From the NCBI GenBank assembly GCA_030648835.1, contig JAUSGT010000003.1:65307-129306 (forward strand): 64,000 nucleotides of DNA, given 5' to 3'. Positions 28,089 to 37,906 of the stretch are shown piece after piece. The first letter of the stretch is position 1, and each line of letters starts with the position of its first letter. The stretch is from Candidatus Moraniibacteriota bacterium. GTDB lineage: Bacteria > Patescibacteriota > Minisyncoccia > Moranbacterales > UBA1568. A program made the translations under genes and the position numbers. Below the pieces are notes generated by a model that was given only the letters and a program-made list of their open reading frames with translations, had not been told where the DNA came from and searched no databases.

Positions 28089-28946
28089 ATGAATGGGTGG
28101 CAACATCTTCCGGAAACTATAGATCCGATCGCCGGCACGATCGGATTTTTTTCGGTGCATTGGTATGCGGTGTGGTTTCTCATCGGATTTTTTGTGATGT
28201 TTTTTTTCGCGCTTCATCTGACACAGAGAGGTGTTGTGGCGTATCCTCGGGACGCAGTTTTCGATATGTTGGCAGTCCTTTTTTTCGGCGCGCTCATCGG
28301 TGGGCGTATCGGATATGTGCTTTTGTATCATCCGGATGTTTTTCTCGAGAATCCAATTATGATTTTCTCCCCCTATGATTTCGGGCGCGGGGTATGGACG
28401 GGGCTTTCCGGTATGAGCTATTACGGAGGATTGATCGGGGTAACTGTAGCTTTGGTTTGGTTTAGCGCCAGGAAGAAGCTTTCTTTTTGGAAGATGGCTG
28501 ACTTTGCGGCTCTTTTGGCTCCGGTAGCCATATTTTTTGGACGATTGGGGAATTTTTTCAATGTGGAACTCCCGGGGAGAATAACCGCAGTTCCGTGGGG
28601 GATGGTGTTTCCGGGGACTCTGCCGAGAGGAGTCTTGCGTCACCCATCCACTCTGTACGAAGCTTTTTTTGAGGGGGTGGTTCTTCTCGGCATACTGTTG
28701 TTTCTACGACGCCAGGCGCGTTTTGATGGAGCCCTAGCCTGTTTTTTCTTGGCGCTGTATGCCGGCGTTCGTTTTGGCAGTGAATATTTCCGCGAACCGG
28801 ATCCGCAATTGGGGCTTTTTTTCAATCCGCCAACCGGAGGATTTACTCTCGGGCAGATACTCTCTTTTGCGATGTTGTGCATAACAGTGGTGATTTTCGT
28901 GTGGCTCAAACGAAAAAATCGTGTTAAAATAGTACACAACGCCTAA
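28089..28946 (+). CDS. lgt: Prolipoprotein diacylglyceryl transferase
   Basis: DPIA, HWY, GGRIGYV, GMSYYGG, GRLGNFFN.EL.GR, RHPS.LYE, EYFREPD. Confidence 0.95.
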   Translation: MNGWQHLPETIDPIAGTIGFFSVHWYAVWFLIGFFVMFFFALHLTQRGVVAYPRDAVFDMLAVLFFGALIGGRIGYVLLYHPDVFLENPIMIFSPYDFGRGVWTGLSGMSYYGGLIGVTVALVWFSARKKLSFWKMADFAALLAPVAIFFGRLGNFFNVELPGRITAVPWGMVFPGTLPRGVLRHPSTLYEAFFEGVVLLGILLFLRRQARFDGALACFFLALYAGVRFGSEYFREPDPQLGLFFNPPTGGFTLGQILSFAMLCITVVIFVWLKRKNRVKIVHNA

Positions 28947-28965
28947 ACTATTCTTCATTTTTTCT

Positions 28966-29376
28966 ATGTTCGATAAAAAAATAATCACTGTTCTCGTCGG
29001 GGCGCTGGTGCTTGTGACGGGCTTCGTCTATTGGGGCCTCTCGGATGGGGGGCAGACGGTGGTTGATGATGAGACGGCGATTGTTTACTATTGGGGCGAT
29101 GGCTGTCCGCATTGCAAGATAGTCAGTGATTTTCTCGAGGCGAATGATATCGCCAGCAAAGTTTCCTTTGAAAAGAAAGAAGTCTGGAGCAATAAAACGA
29201 ATGCTAGTGAAATGGGGCGCCGGGCAAAGGCATGTGGTGTCAAGCCGGAGGGGATGGGGGTGCCGTTTGTTTATGGTGGGGATGGAAAATGCTATATTGG
29301 TGAAGTGGATGCCGTCAATTTTTTCAAGGTAAAGAGCGGTATGAGTACGGACACTTCTTCTGAAACACAAAGGTAA
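28966..29376 (+). CDS. Membrane-anchored glutaredoxin/thioredoxin-like protein
   Basis: N-terminal TM, CPHC, GVPF. Confidence 0.8.
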   Translation: MFDKKIITVLVGALVLVTGFVYWGLSDGGQTVVDDETAIVYYWGDGCPHCKIVSDFLEANDIASKVSFEKKEVWSNKTNASEMGRRAKACGVKPEGMGVPFVYGGDGKCYIGEVDAVNFFKVKSGMSTDTSSETQR

Positions 29377-29381
29377 TTTTC

Positions 29382-30353
29382 ATGGAACTTTCTTCTTCTT
29401 ACTCAAACGGGCCTCTGTATAGTCCGCAAAAGCGGGCGCTGGATATTGCCGTATCCAAGAAAACCGTTTTGGTTTTGAAGCCACCACGGAATACCCACAT
29501 GCTGCCGGGATGTTTGCCTGAAGTTTCCAAAAAGCGGGGGCTTGACGGAGCGCAGAAGGAAAAGCAGACGCTTCTCATGCAATTACAAGAGCGTTCATTA
29601 GAAGACGTTCTCTGGCGCTTTTTCCGTAAAGGGGAACTTTACTATCGATTGGTGAAACGTATTTTTTTTCGGCTTATTCCGGACATCACCCCTCACAAAA
29701 TGCTCTACGGCTCCTTGGTGGGCGGGGTGGCGTTTGGGATGGTCTCCATGGCCTTTATGGAACACTTTTTCGGGCCAGGCGTTTTCGCCCGTTCCTCGGA
29801 TTCGGCGCAGGAAGTGACAATTTCGCCAACCGGAGTAGCGGCGGTGTCTCAAACGGACGCAGATATAAAACAAACCGGTTACAATAGCGATACGGACATC
29901 TTTTTTGAATATTTCAATGAAGCTTCGGATGTACAATACAAGGAAACAGTCAAAAATATGGTCAAGGGGTATCCGATTGAAGGAATGCTCCCCTATATTT
30001 TTGAGCAAGACCGACTGACATCCGCTTTTTTGATTGGCATTGCCAAGAAGGAAAGCAACTGGGGCAAGCGTATCCCGGTCTTGGATGGGCAGGACTGTTT
30101 CAACTACTGGGGTTATCGGGGGGTGAGGAGGCTCATGGGGACAGGTGGGCACACTTGTTTCAATAGCAGCAAGGATGCCGTGGAAACGGTTGCCAAGCGT
30201 CTCAATACGCTTATCCATTCGGAAAAATTGAATACTCCGGAGAAAATGATTGTTTGGAAATGCGGATTCAGCTGTAGCGGGCATAGTCGTGAAAGTGTGA
30301 AAAAATGGATCAGCGACGTGGATATGTATTTCAAACAGCTGAGCGACGAATAG
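29382..30353 (+). CDS. Hypothetical membrane protein with C-terminal lysozyme-like domain (paralog 1)
   Basis: TM helix; IAKKESNWGK..CFNYWG..CF...DAV motif shared with next gene. Confidence 0.6.
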   Translation: MELSSSYSNGPLYSPQKRALDIAVSKKTVLVLKPPRNTHMLPGCLPEVSKKRGLDGAQKEKQTLLMQLQERSLEDVLWRFFRKGELYYRLVKRIFFRLIPDITPHKMLYGSLVGGVAFGMVSMAFMEHFFGPGVFARSSDSAQEVTISPTGVAAVSQTDADIKQTGYNSDTDIFFEYFNEASDVQYKETVKNMVKGYPIEGMLPYIFEQDRLTSAFLIGIAKKESNWGKRIPVLDGQDCFNYWGYRGVRRLMGTGGHTCFNSSKDAVETVAKRLNTLIHSEKLNTPEKMIVWKCGFSCSGHSRESVKKWISDVDMYFKQLSDE

Positions 30354-30370
30354 GAAAAGAGAAAACGTGG

Positions 30371-30397
30371 GAAATCCCTTGTATAAGGGATTTTTTT
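30371..30397 (+). terminator. Intrinsic terminator
   Basis: GAAATCCCTT-GTAT-AAGGGATTTTTTT. Confidence 0.7.
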
Positions 30398-30428
30398 GTA
30401 TTTATGGGGATAAAATGATTGACGGAAG

Positions 30429-31271
30429 GTGAAAAACTTGGTATTATTAGGCTTGCGTTTCAAAAGAGTTTTTGCTGTTTTAAGCCATTTCTTTGAGAAG
30501 GCAAAAGTTAGTGTGTCTATGAAAAATTTCTGCCAAAAATTGTTTTTTGCCAAAAGCGGCCTGTATTCTTGTTTGGCCTTTTTTTCTTTTGGATTGATGA
30601 GCGTTTTGCCCACAGCGTCTCAGATGATTCCCGATATTTCTCTTTCGGAAGCCAAATCTGTGGGCATGGTCACGACAGAAGAAGCAAACGAAAACGCTGC
30701 CGAACTTTGCCGCCTGCAGTCGGATGTGGCGTTGTTTACGGCTTTGCAGGAGCAAAAGAATGATATCCTTCAAACTGATACTTTGTGTGATAAAAAAACT
30801 CAAACCATGGTTAAGGCGGTAGGAAAAGGGGATGTCCACTTTGATAAGGCCTTGGGTGATACGATTCGAGAAATGACTATTGGTTACCCGATGGAAAAGA
30901 TGGCGCCGATTATCGCCAGATACGATCGGGAAGTTGCGGCGCTCATAGTAGGCATCGCCAAAAAAGAGAGCGATTGGGGAAAGCACAGCCCAAGCGATCA
31001 AAGTGGAGCGGATTGTTTCAATTATTGGGGGTACAAGGGGGCGGGAAGCCGTGGTGTGGCGATGGGGCATGGCTGTTTTGGTAGCCCTGAAGAAGCGGTG
31101 GTAACTGTCGGTGATCGTCTTCGAAAACTCGTTTCCTTGCGTCAGACAAGCGAACCGAAAAATATGGTTGTTTGGAAATGCGGCTCCAGTTGCAAGGGTC
31201 ACAGCCAAGAGAGCGTGAAAAAATGGGTTGCTGACGTTTCTCTTTATTATCAGCGTATAGTGGCGGAATAA
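30429..31271 (+). CDS. Hypothetical exported protein with lysozyme-like domain (paralog 2); start may be 30519
   Basis: IAKKESDWGK..CFNYWG..CF..WKCG.SC.GHS.ESVKKW shared with paralog 1. Confidence 0.6.
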   Translation: MKNLVLLGLRFKRVFAVLSHFFEKAKVSVSMKNFCQKLFFAKSGLYSCLAFFSFGLMSVLPTASQMIPDISLSEAKSVGMVTTEEANENAAELCRLQSDVALFTALQEQKNDILQTDTLCDKKTQTMVKAVGKGDVHFDKALGDTIREMTIGYPMEKMAPIIARYDREVAALIVGIAKKESDWGKHSPSDQSGADCFNYWGYKGAGSRGVAMGHGCFGSPEEAVVTVGDRLRKLVSLRQTSEPKNMVVWKCGSSCKGHSQESVKKWVADVSLYYQRIVAE

Positions 31272-31396
31272 TTTCTTTTCGTAATCCCAATCTCTCGATA
31301 GCTATCTCTCGAGAGACTTTTGTTTTTGATTCGTGGTTTTTCAGGTATAATGGTTCTATACCGTAGCGGGGGCAAACTCTTGAGTAAAAACTATTT

Positions 31397-32332
31397 ATGT
31401 CGTGGATTGGAGTAGCACTTTTCGGGTATTTTTTCAATGCCGTGACGGCGATTTTCGATAAGTATCTGCTTGCCGAGCGTATCAAGACGCCGGCGGTGTA
31501 TGCTTTTTTTGTTTCTTTGTTCAGTTTGTTCGTTCTCATATTTATTCCTTTCGGATTTCGGTTTTTCAATTGGCAGACAACGGGGATCTTCCTTTTTTCG
31601 GGGGCTTTGTTTCTTTATGGGTTGGTGGCTCTGTATACTGCCGTGAAAGAAAGTGAAATTTCCCGCATAACGCCCTTGGTTGGAACAGTAGTTTCTCTTG
31701 TTGCTATCGGAGTGGGATTTTTTCCAGGAACTTTTTCAGAAACCGCTTTTTCTTTGTCTCATATAGTGGTGCTTGTTTTATTGATCGGCGGTGGATTGCT
31801 TATTTCTTTCGATTTGCCACTGCGAAAACAGGAGCATATCTCTTCTTCTGTCGTTATTGCGGGTGTGGCTATGGGGGTATCGCTGCTTCTTTTGAAATAC
31901 GGATACGCTGATGCGAATTTTGTCAGCGGTTTGATATGGTCGCGGATAGGAATGTTTTTGGCCGGGCTCTCTCTTTTTTTGGTACCAACGTACCGTGGGC
32001 AGATTCTGAATGAAGTGAGCGCATTTTCCGGAATTTCCCGTTCGGTAGTCCATACGGGAGCGATCTTTGTGATGAATAAGCTCTGTGCCGGAGGAGCGAG
32101 CCTCCTCATTATTTATGCGACCTATCTCGGCCCGGTTTCTTTCGTACAGGCGCTTTCCGGGATGCAGTATGTTTTTCTCCTTCTTTTGGCTTTGCCGCTT
32201 TCTTTGCGTTATCCTCAAGTGTTCGGTGAAAGGCTGTTCTTCTGGGATTGGTTTCAGAAGGCTTGCGCAATCATAATTATCGGGCTTGGTTTGTGGCTCT
32301 CTGCCACGAGTGGAATAAAACTACTTGTCTAA
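31397..32332 (+). CDS. DMT/EamA-like transporter
   Basis: About 10 TM in two repeats; DKYLL, A...EISR..P, GPVSFVQAL. Confidence 0.75.
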   Translation: MSWIGVALFGYFFNAVTAIFDKYLLAERIKTPAVYAFFVSLFSLFVLIFIPFGFRFFNWQTTGIFLFSGALFLYGLVALYTAVKESEISRITPLVGTVVSLVAIGVGFFPGTFSETAFSLSHIVVLVLLIGGGLLISFDLPLRKQEHISSSVVIAGVAMGVSLLLLKYGYADANFVSGLIWSRIGMFLAGLSLFLVPTYRGQILNEVSAFSGISRSVVHTGAIFVMNKLCAGGASLLIIYATYLGPVSFVQALSGMQYVFLLLLALPLSLRYPQVFGERLFFWDWFQKACAIIIIGLGLWLSATSGIKLLV

Positions 32333-32335
32333 ATT

Positions 32336-32379
32336 CTTAATACCTAATACATAATACATAATACCTAATACCTAATACC
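32336..32379. repeat. 7-bp tandem array TAATAC(C/A) x6
   Basis: TAATACC TAATACA TAATACA TAATACC TAATACC TAATACC. Confidence 0.85.
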
Positions 32380-32391
32380 TTTTTTCATTCT

Positions 32392-33402
32392 ATGCGTCAT
32401 TTGTTGAAAATAATCGGGAGAGTTGTATTGATTATTGTCACATGCACAGCCCTCTTGTTCGGGTATTTCAATCTTCCGGGGCCGGCTCCGCGTGAGGATG
32501 TGCAGTTGGGGATGACGTTTTCGTCACGCTATGCGACAGACCTCGGACTCGATTGGAAACAGACGTATTTGGCGCTTCTTGATGAGATCGGAGTCAAGAA
32601 ATTGCGTCTACCGGTGTATTGGGATCTCGCGGAACCGAAACAGGGCGAGTATGTTTGGGATGATCTTGACTGGCAGCTTAAGGAAGCAGAGAAATATCAG
32701 GTAGAGGTTATTCTCACTATCGGCCAGAAAGTGCCGCGTTGGCCCGAGTGTCATATTCCGGAGTGGGTGGGCGCCGATAGCGAGAAACGACAGACTGCCC
32801 TCTTGTATTTTATGGGTAGGGTGGTGGAGCGTTATAAAAGCAATCAGACTGTAACAATGTGGCAAGTCGAGAACGAACCTTTTTTGGCTTTTGGGATATG
32901 CCCACCACTCGATAAAAATTTTTTGAAGCAAGAAGTAGCTTTCGTAAAAACACTGGATCCAATTCGTAAAGTACTCCTGACGGATAGCGGGGAACTTTCA
33001 TTTTGGTATGGCGCGGCCAGTCTGGGGGATGTTTTCGGTACGACGATGTATCGGCGTATTTGGAGTCCAAAAGTCGGGGGGTATTTTACCTATCCGATTG
33101 GGCCGAATTTTTTCCGGGTCAAAGCGTTCCTCATCAATATCCTCGCGCATCAGTACAACATTATGGTTATCGAATTGCAGGCGGAACCATGGGCATCCGG
33201 CTGGATAGTCGATATTCCGCTTGAAGAGCAGTTTCGTACAATGGATGAGACCAAACTGCGGGAAAATGTAAAATACGCCAAGCAAGTCGGATTTGGGGAA
33301 GTGTATCTATGGGGTGGAGAATGGTGGTATTGGCTCAAAGAAAAAAAGAATTACCCGGCTCTTTGGGAAACGGGAAAGGAACTTTTTCGTGAACAGCGGT
33401 AA
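32392..33402 (+). CDS. Membrane-anchored clan GH-A glycoside hydrolase (GH42/GH5-like TIM barrel)
   Basis: RLPVYW..EP..G.Y.W, WQVENEP (acid/base), IELQAEPW (nucleophile). Confidence 0.75.
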   Translation: MRHLLKIIGRVVLIIVTCTALLFGYFNLPGPAPREDVQLGMTFSSRYATDLGLDWKQTYLALLDEIGVKKLRLPVYWDLAEPKQGEYVWDDLDWQLKEAEKYQVEVILTIGQKVPRWPECHIPEWVGADSEKRQTALLYFMGRVVERYKSNQTVTMWQVENEPFLAFGICPPLDKNFLKQEVAFVKTLDPIRKVLLTDSGELSFWYGAASLGDVFGTTMYRRIWSPKVGGYFTYPIGPNFFRVKAFLINILAHQYNIMVIELQAEPWASGWIVDIPLEEQFRTMDETKLRENVKYAKQVGFGEVYLWGGEWWYWLKEKKNYPALWETGKELFREQR

Positions 33403-33546
33403 CGTGGGAGTTTAAAAATTATTCTGTAGAAAAGATTTCAAAAGTTTTTAGATGAACCGCGCCAAAGCAATTTTGCCGACATGGTTCCCTAAAAAACATT
33501 TTGAAACCTTTTCTACATTAGCTTTTATATTTTTCATTGATTTCAT

Positions 33547-34044
33547 ATGAAAAGGTTGGTTCTCATCATTCACAATGTTCGCAGTGCCCATAATGTCGGA
33601 TCTTTGTTTCGAACAGCAGACGGGGTTGGGGTACAAGAGGTTTTTCTTACCGGCTATACCCCGGCGCCTCCAAAGAGAGACGCGTTATATCTTACCGATG
33701 CGGAAAAATCTTTCAAGAAAACTGCTTTGGGGGCCGAGAAGTATGTGGTGTGGCAAAAGCAGTCCCCTCTCGGGAAAATTATCACGATGCTCAAAAAACA
33801 AGGCTATAAGATCGTGGCGCTCGAGCAGGCTACGAGAAGTATTGATTATCAAAAGTATGTTCCAGAAGCTCGTGTGGCGCTTATCGTCGGGAATGAAGTT
33901 CACGGCGTAGATGCGAAAATCCTGAAACAATGTGACACAATTATCGAAATCCCGATGTACGGAGAAAAAAATTCGCTCAATGTGTCGGTGGCCGGGGGCA
34001 TTGCTCTCTATCAAATAAAGGGTACAATGAAGAAAAGGGAGTGA
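33547..34044 (+). CDS. TrmH/SpoU-family SPOUT RNA methyltransferase
   Basis: NVRSAHNVGSLFRTAD, VGNEVHGV, IPMYG..SLNVSVA. Confidence 0.93.
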   Translation: MKRLVLIIHNVRSAHNVGSLFRTADGVGVQEVFLTGYTPAPPKRDALYLTDAEKSFKKTALGAEKYVVWQKQSPLGKIITMLKKQGYKIVALEQATRSIDYQKYVPEARVALIVGNEVHGVDAKILKQCDTIIEIPMYGEKNSLNVSVAGGIALYQIKGTMKKRE

Positions 34045-34072
34045 ATCCTTAACAGAAAATACACACAAAATT

Positions 34073-35542
34073 ATGTTTCGACGGATCACTTTACCTCTTA
34101 TCATTTTGGCGATTTTTGGAATTTTCATAGCGAGATGGCAAGGAGCTGCTCTTTTTGCGAATCTTGTGTGGGCAGAAGATACTTCTCTTTTCCCCAAGAC
34201 AACATCCTCCCTGTCATTGCCCATCAGCACGCGATCAACAAGGGTTGAAACAGAGACAACCTCCGGGCAATCTGTTCCAGATGTAACGAATACGACGGTT
34301 GCGACACCAACATTCACTATTCCGACCTCGACTACCGCTATGCGATCGACAAACAGCACAACAAGCACAACTTCCGGGCAGACTCCTTCCAGTATTGTGT
34401 CACCAACAACTATTCCAACTACCAATACACAATCGATAAGCAGCGGGACAGGCACAACTTCCGGGCAGACTACTTCCAATACGGTGTCACCAGTAACTGC
34501 CCCGATTACCGCTACGCGAGCGACAAACAGCGGAGCGGGAACATCGTATGTCGCTCCGGTATCAGGCGCGGTGCAAGTGACAACAACAACTCCAAATGCT
34601 GAGCGTGTGGAATACTATGGTCAAAATCAACAGGGGAACACCGAAACATATTTAGGCGCGGCGGAAAATACGTCCTCTGGGACGTGGAGTCTGGATATCA
34701 ATGCGGCGAATCAGTTGCCGAACGGTGTTTATGATGTCTCCGCGAGAGCTGAACAGAGAGACGGAACGGTGGTAGAGAGCCGGCCCGCTCAATTGTATGT
34801 GGCAACTCCCGAAAATCCGATTTCACAAGAGGAAAAAGAGGTGTTTAAGAATTCAGAGAGAGATACGGATGGTGATGGTATTTCCGATAAGGAAGAAATA
34901 CGACTTGGGCTCAATCCAAAATCGGCCGATACCGACAAAGACGGTTTTATTGATGGTGACGAAATCAAAAACGGGTTTGACCCACTGAAGTTTTCGAGCG
35001 GTGATAAGAGTGACAAGATAGTTTTTGAATCGCCAAAAGAGCTTGTAACAAGTACTGGTGGGGGTGAGCCAATCAAGGAGAAAGAGAGTGACAAACGTTT
35101 CAGAGTAGATATGATAGAGCTGGTTGAAGCAGGCAGTGACGGGAAAAAGGCGACAAGATTTTCAGGGAAGGCTTTGCCAAATATGTTTATTACACTTTAT
35201 ATTTACAGCGATCCGATCATTGTGACGGTAAAAACGGACGAGGATGGCAACTGGACGTATGATTTGGACAAGGAATTGCCGGATGGCGATCATGAAATCT
35301 ACGTAGCCGTGACGGATAATGTTGGAAAGATTTCCGCGCAAAGTGAGGCCATCCCTTTCGTAAAGACCGCTCAAGCTGTCGCGATAAAACCGGCGGCTGC
35401 CGCTTCGGCAGAGGCTTTGCAGAACGCTTCGCCACTCGAGCGTTCACGGACAGAGTTTATCATCATAGCCATCATTATAGCCATGAGTTTCTTGGGGATA
35501 GCACTGGTAGTGATCGGCCGCAAGTCATCCATAATTCAATAA
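34073..35542 (+). CDS. Surface protein: Ser/Thr-rich repeats, Ig-like domains, DxDxDG Ca-binding repeats, C-terminal TM
   Basis: Signal/TM N-term; TTSGQ repeats; DTDGDGISD.EE..G.NP..ADTDKDG..DG.E; GNW.Y...L.DG.H. Confidence 0.75.
   Translation: MFRRITLPLIILAIFGIFIARWQGAALFANLVWAEDTSLFPKTTSSLSLPISTRSTRVETETTSGQSVPDVTNTTVATPTFTIPTSTTAMRSTNSTTSTTSGQTPSSIVSPTTIPTTNTQSISSGTGTTSGQTTSNTVSPVTAPITATRATNSGAGTSYVAPVSGAVQVTTTTPNAERVEYYGQNQQGNTETYLGAAENTSSGTWSLDINAANQLPNGVYDVSARAEQRDGTVVESRPAQLYVATPENPISQEEKEVFKNSERDTDGDGISDKEEIRLGLNPKSADTDKDGFIDGDEIKNGFDPLKFSSGDKSDKIVFESPKELVTSTGGGEPIKEKESDKRFRVDMIELVEAGSDGKKATRFSGKALPNMFITLYIYSDPIIVTVKTDEDGNWTYDLDKELPDGDHEIYVAVTDNVGKISAQSEAIPFVKTAQAVAIKPAAAASAEALQNASPLERSRTEFIIIAIIIAMSFLGIALVVIGRKSSIIQ
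34256..34497 (+). repeat. Intragenic repeats ACAAC(C/T)TCCGGGCA at 34256, 34367, 34454
   Basis: Three copies encoding TTSGQ; the last two extend for about 40 bp. Confidence 0.7.
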
Positions 35543-36916
35543 ATGGCGTTCATGTTGAAAGGATCATTTAAAAAAGGTTTGGATTTTACAAAACGGAACC
35601 CGACAATTCTCTACTCGTTGTTTTTGATCGTTGCCGTGACCGGAACCTTGTTTTTTAACAGTTACTATTCCCTCCAAAAATTTCAGGTGACATCCGACGC
35701 GCTTTTGAAAAGCAAAGCGGTACTGGCGGAAAATATCTTTCGTATTTTGGGGAGCGATATTCTGAAGGACCCCACCCTGTTGCAGAACAAGCTTGATCGG
35801 ATACAAGAAGAGAACAGCGATGTGACGAATGTGGCGGTTTTTACGCGTCCAACCGATGAAGCCCCTTTCTCTGTCGTCGCGTCGACTGATCATGAAATTA
35901 TTGGGACGGTTGTGGAAGAGACGTCACTGCCGTATCTTATCGCATGGCAGGACGCGCGGATCGTTCCGGCATTTCTCACCAATGAGAATGGCAAGCGTTA
36001 CTGGAATGTCATTAAGAAAGTGACCGATACGGATGGTCGCGGATTGGGGCTGGTACTTTTTCAACTCTCACTTGAAGAACACGATGCTTTCGTGCGAAAA
36101 GCGATTTTGCAGGTGTATGGTGTCGCTATTCTTTCACTCATCCTCGTATTGCTTCTTCTTATGAATCATATGCGCTTCTTCCGTTACGCTTTGCGCGTTA
36201 CAAAATTGGAAGAAGTGGATCGGATGAAAGATGACTTCATTTCCATGGCGAGCCACGAGCTGAAGACGCCACTCACGGTGTTGCGCGGGTACATCGATCT
36301 TTTGCGGGATTCCATCGTGAAGCCCAGCGCCCCGGAAACGGAAAAACAGACGACTGAATATTTGGGGAATATGGATACTTCTCTTCTGCGCCTAAACAAT
36401 CTTGTGGAAGATATTTTGAATGTTTCTCGTCTCGAACAAAACCGTCTGCCCATCGGGTTGCAATCTGTCGATATAGGTATTGTGCTAGGTGATTTGGCGA
36501 AAGAATTTTCACTGCTTGCCAAAAATAAAGGACTCGTATTCCAGTACGAACCAGAAGTAATGCCGCCGGTTACCGCTGATCCGGAGCGTATGAAACAGAT
36601 ACTCATCAATCTTTTGGGTAATGCCGTAAAGTACACGGCAGCGGGGAAAGTGGAGCTTTCCGCCAAGGAAGTGGAGGACACCGTTGTCGTGACGGTAGCC
36701 GATACGGGGTTCGGTATTTCTTCTCAATCTCTCGAACACTTGTTTTCGAAATTCTATCGCGTGAAAACCGACCAAACGGCCACAATTTCCGGCAGCGGCC
36801 TCGGTCTCTGGATTTCCCGAGAAATTGCGCGTAAGATGGGGGGGGACCTGACGGTTGAAAGCATCGAGGGTGTCGGATCACACTTCCGTTTGCGTTTGAA
36901 GAAACACTCGAAGTAA
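35543..36916 (+). CDS. Membrane sensor histidine kinase
   Basis: Two TM, ASHELKTPL, NLLGNAVKY, DTGFG, GSGLGL. Confidence 0.95.
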   Translation: MAFMLKGSFKKGLDFTKRNPTILYSLFLIVAVTGTLFFNSYYSLQKFQVTSDALLKSKAVLAENIFRILGSDILKDPTLLQNKLDRIQEENSDVTNVAVFTRPTDEAPFSVVASTDHEIIGTVVEETSLPYLIAWQDARIVPAFLTNENGKRYWNVIKKVTDTDGRGLGLVLFQLSLEEHDAFVRKAILQVYGVAILSLILVLLLLMNHMRFFRYALRVTKLEEVDRMKDDFISMASHELKTPLTVLRGYIDLLRDSIVKPSAPETEKQTTEYLGNMDTSLLRLNNLVEDILNVSRLEQNRLPIGLQSVDIGIVLGDLAKEFSLLAKNKGLVFQYEPEVMPPVTADPERMKQILINLLGNAVKYTAAGKVELSAKEVEDTVVVTVADTGFGISSQSLEHLFSKFYRVKTDQTATISGSGLGLWISREIARKMGGDLTVESIEGVGSHFRLRLKKHSK

Positions 36917-37061
36917 TAGATGGTTGTACATGGTATGCCCGGTAGTAGAACTTTGAAAGTAATAGAAATGAGGTTATATCTTTTGGAAAGTACAAATAGA
37001 GTAAAAGATGCTTTTAGATTACGGTAATTTTAAATAGTTATTCAAAGTTTCACTACCGGGT

Positions 37062-37787
37062 ATGAATAACAAGAAAAACAAGATAGCGATTTTTGACATC
37101 GATGGAACGATTTTCCGTAAAAATCTCCATTTCGAGCTGATCAACGAATTGACGTGGATGAAAATTTTTCCCGCTAAAGCACGCAACACGTTGACGGAAA
37201 TTTATACGAACTGGTTGGAACACGAGGGGACGTACGATGACTATCGCCAGGCTCTTGTGAGCCTTTATTCCGAGCACATCAAGGGCTGTTCGCAGGATGA
37301 AGTGCTCAAAGCCAGTCGGGTCATGGTTCCTTTTCATGCCAAGCGCACCTATATTTTTGCGGAAAAACTTATCAAGAAATTGCGTGTCGATGGATATCAC
37401 TTGATTGCGGTTTCCGGTTCACCTGTCGAGGTGGTTGAGGAATATAATCGGAATTATCTCAAATTTGACTACGCGTTTGGGAGTGTCTACGCCATGGATG
37501 ACGAAAAGCGCTATACGGGCAAAGCGGAGTTCGAACCTTCCAAAAACAAGGGGCATGTGGTAGAACAATATATGTATGAGCATAAACTCACCTTTGAAGG
37601 TTCCTATGGTGTGGGTGATACGGAATCAGATATCAGCTTTCTCAAACTTGTGGAAAACCCGATTGCTTTCAATCCCAATCAGAATTTGAAAGCGGTGGCA
37701 GAAAAAGAACAGTGGAAAATAGTCGTGGAGAAAAAGGATGTCGTTTATGAAATAGAGCCAGGATGCTCTCATAGTCCAAACATATGA
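37062..37787 (+). CDS. HAD-IB family hydrolase (SerB-like)
   Basis: FDIDGT, VSGS, K, GDTESD, NP. Confidence 0.9.
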   Translation: MNNKKNKIAIFDIDGTIFRKNLHFELINELTWMKIFPAKARNTLTEIYTNWLEHEGTYDDYRQALVSLYSEHIKGCSQDEVLKASRVMVPFHAKRTYIFAEKLIKKLRVDGYHLIAVSGSPVEVVEEYNRNYLKFDYAFGSVYAMDDEKRYTGKAEFEPSKNKGHVVEQYMYEHKLTFEGSYGVGDTESDISFLKLVENPIAFNPNQNLKAVAEKEQWKIVVEKKDVVYEIEPGCSHSPNI

Positions 37788-37900
37788 ATATCAATAAAGA
37801 CCTCGATAAGTTCATGCTCGCGACGTTGTGGCTATGGTTGCCATTCCATGCTTTCTTTGCTCTTATCAAGGAGCTTATGGAACGTTTTGATAAAAAATAA
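37784..37900 (+). CDS. Small hydrophobic protein (38 aa, MNINKDLDKFMLATLWLWLPFHAFFALIKELMERFDKK)
   Basis: ATGA overlap with HAD stop; ends 6 bp before next ATG; fills the gap. Confidence 0.55.
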   Translation: MNINKDLDKFMLATLWLWLPFHAFFALIKELMERFDKK

Positions 37901-37906
37901 CCTGGT

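Noticed and set aside
32336-32379. Tandem repeats as a possible CRISPR array
   Set aside because: 7-bp units without spacers; no 25-40-bp repeat/spacer structure or cas genes anywhere in the window.
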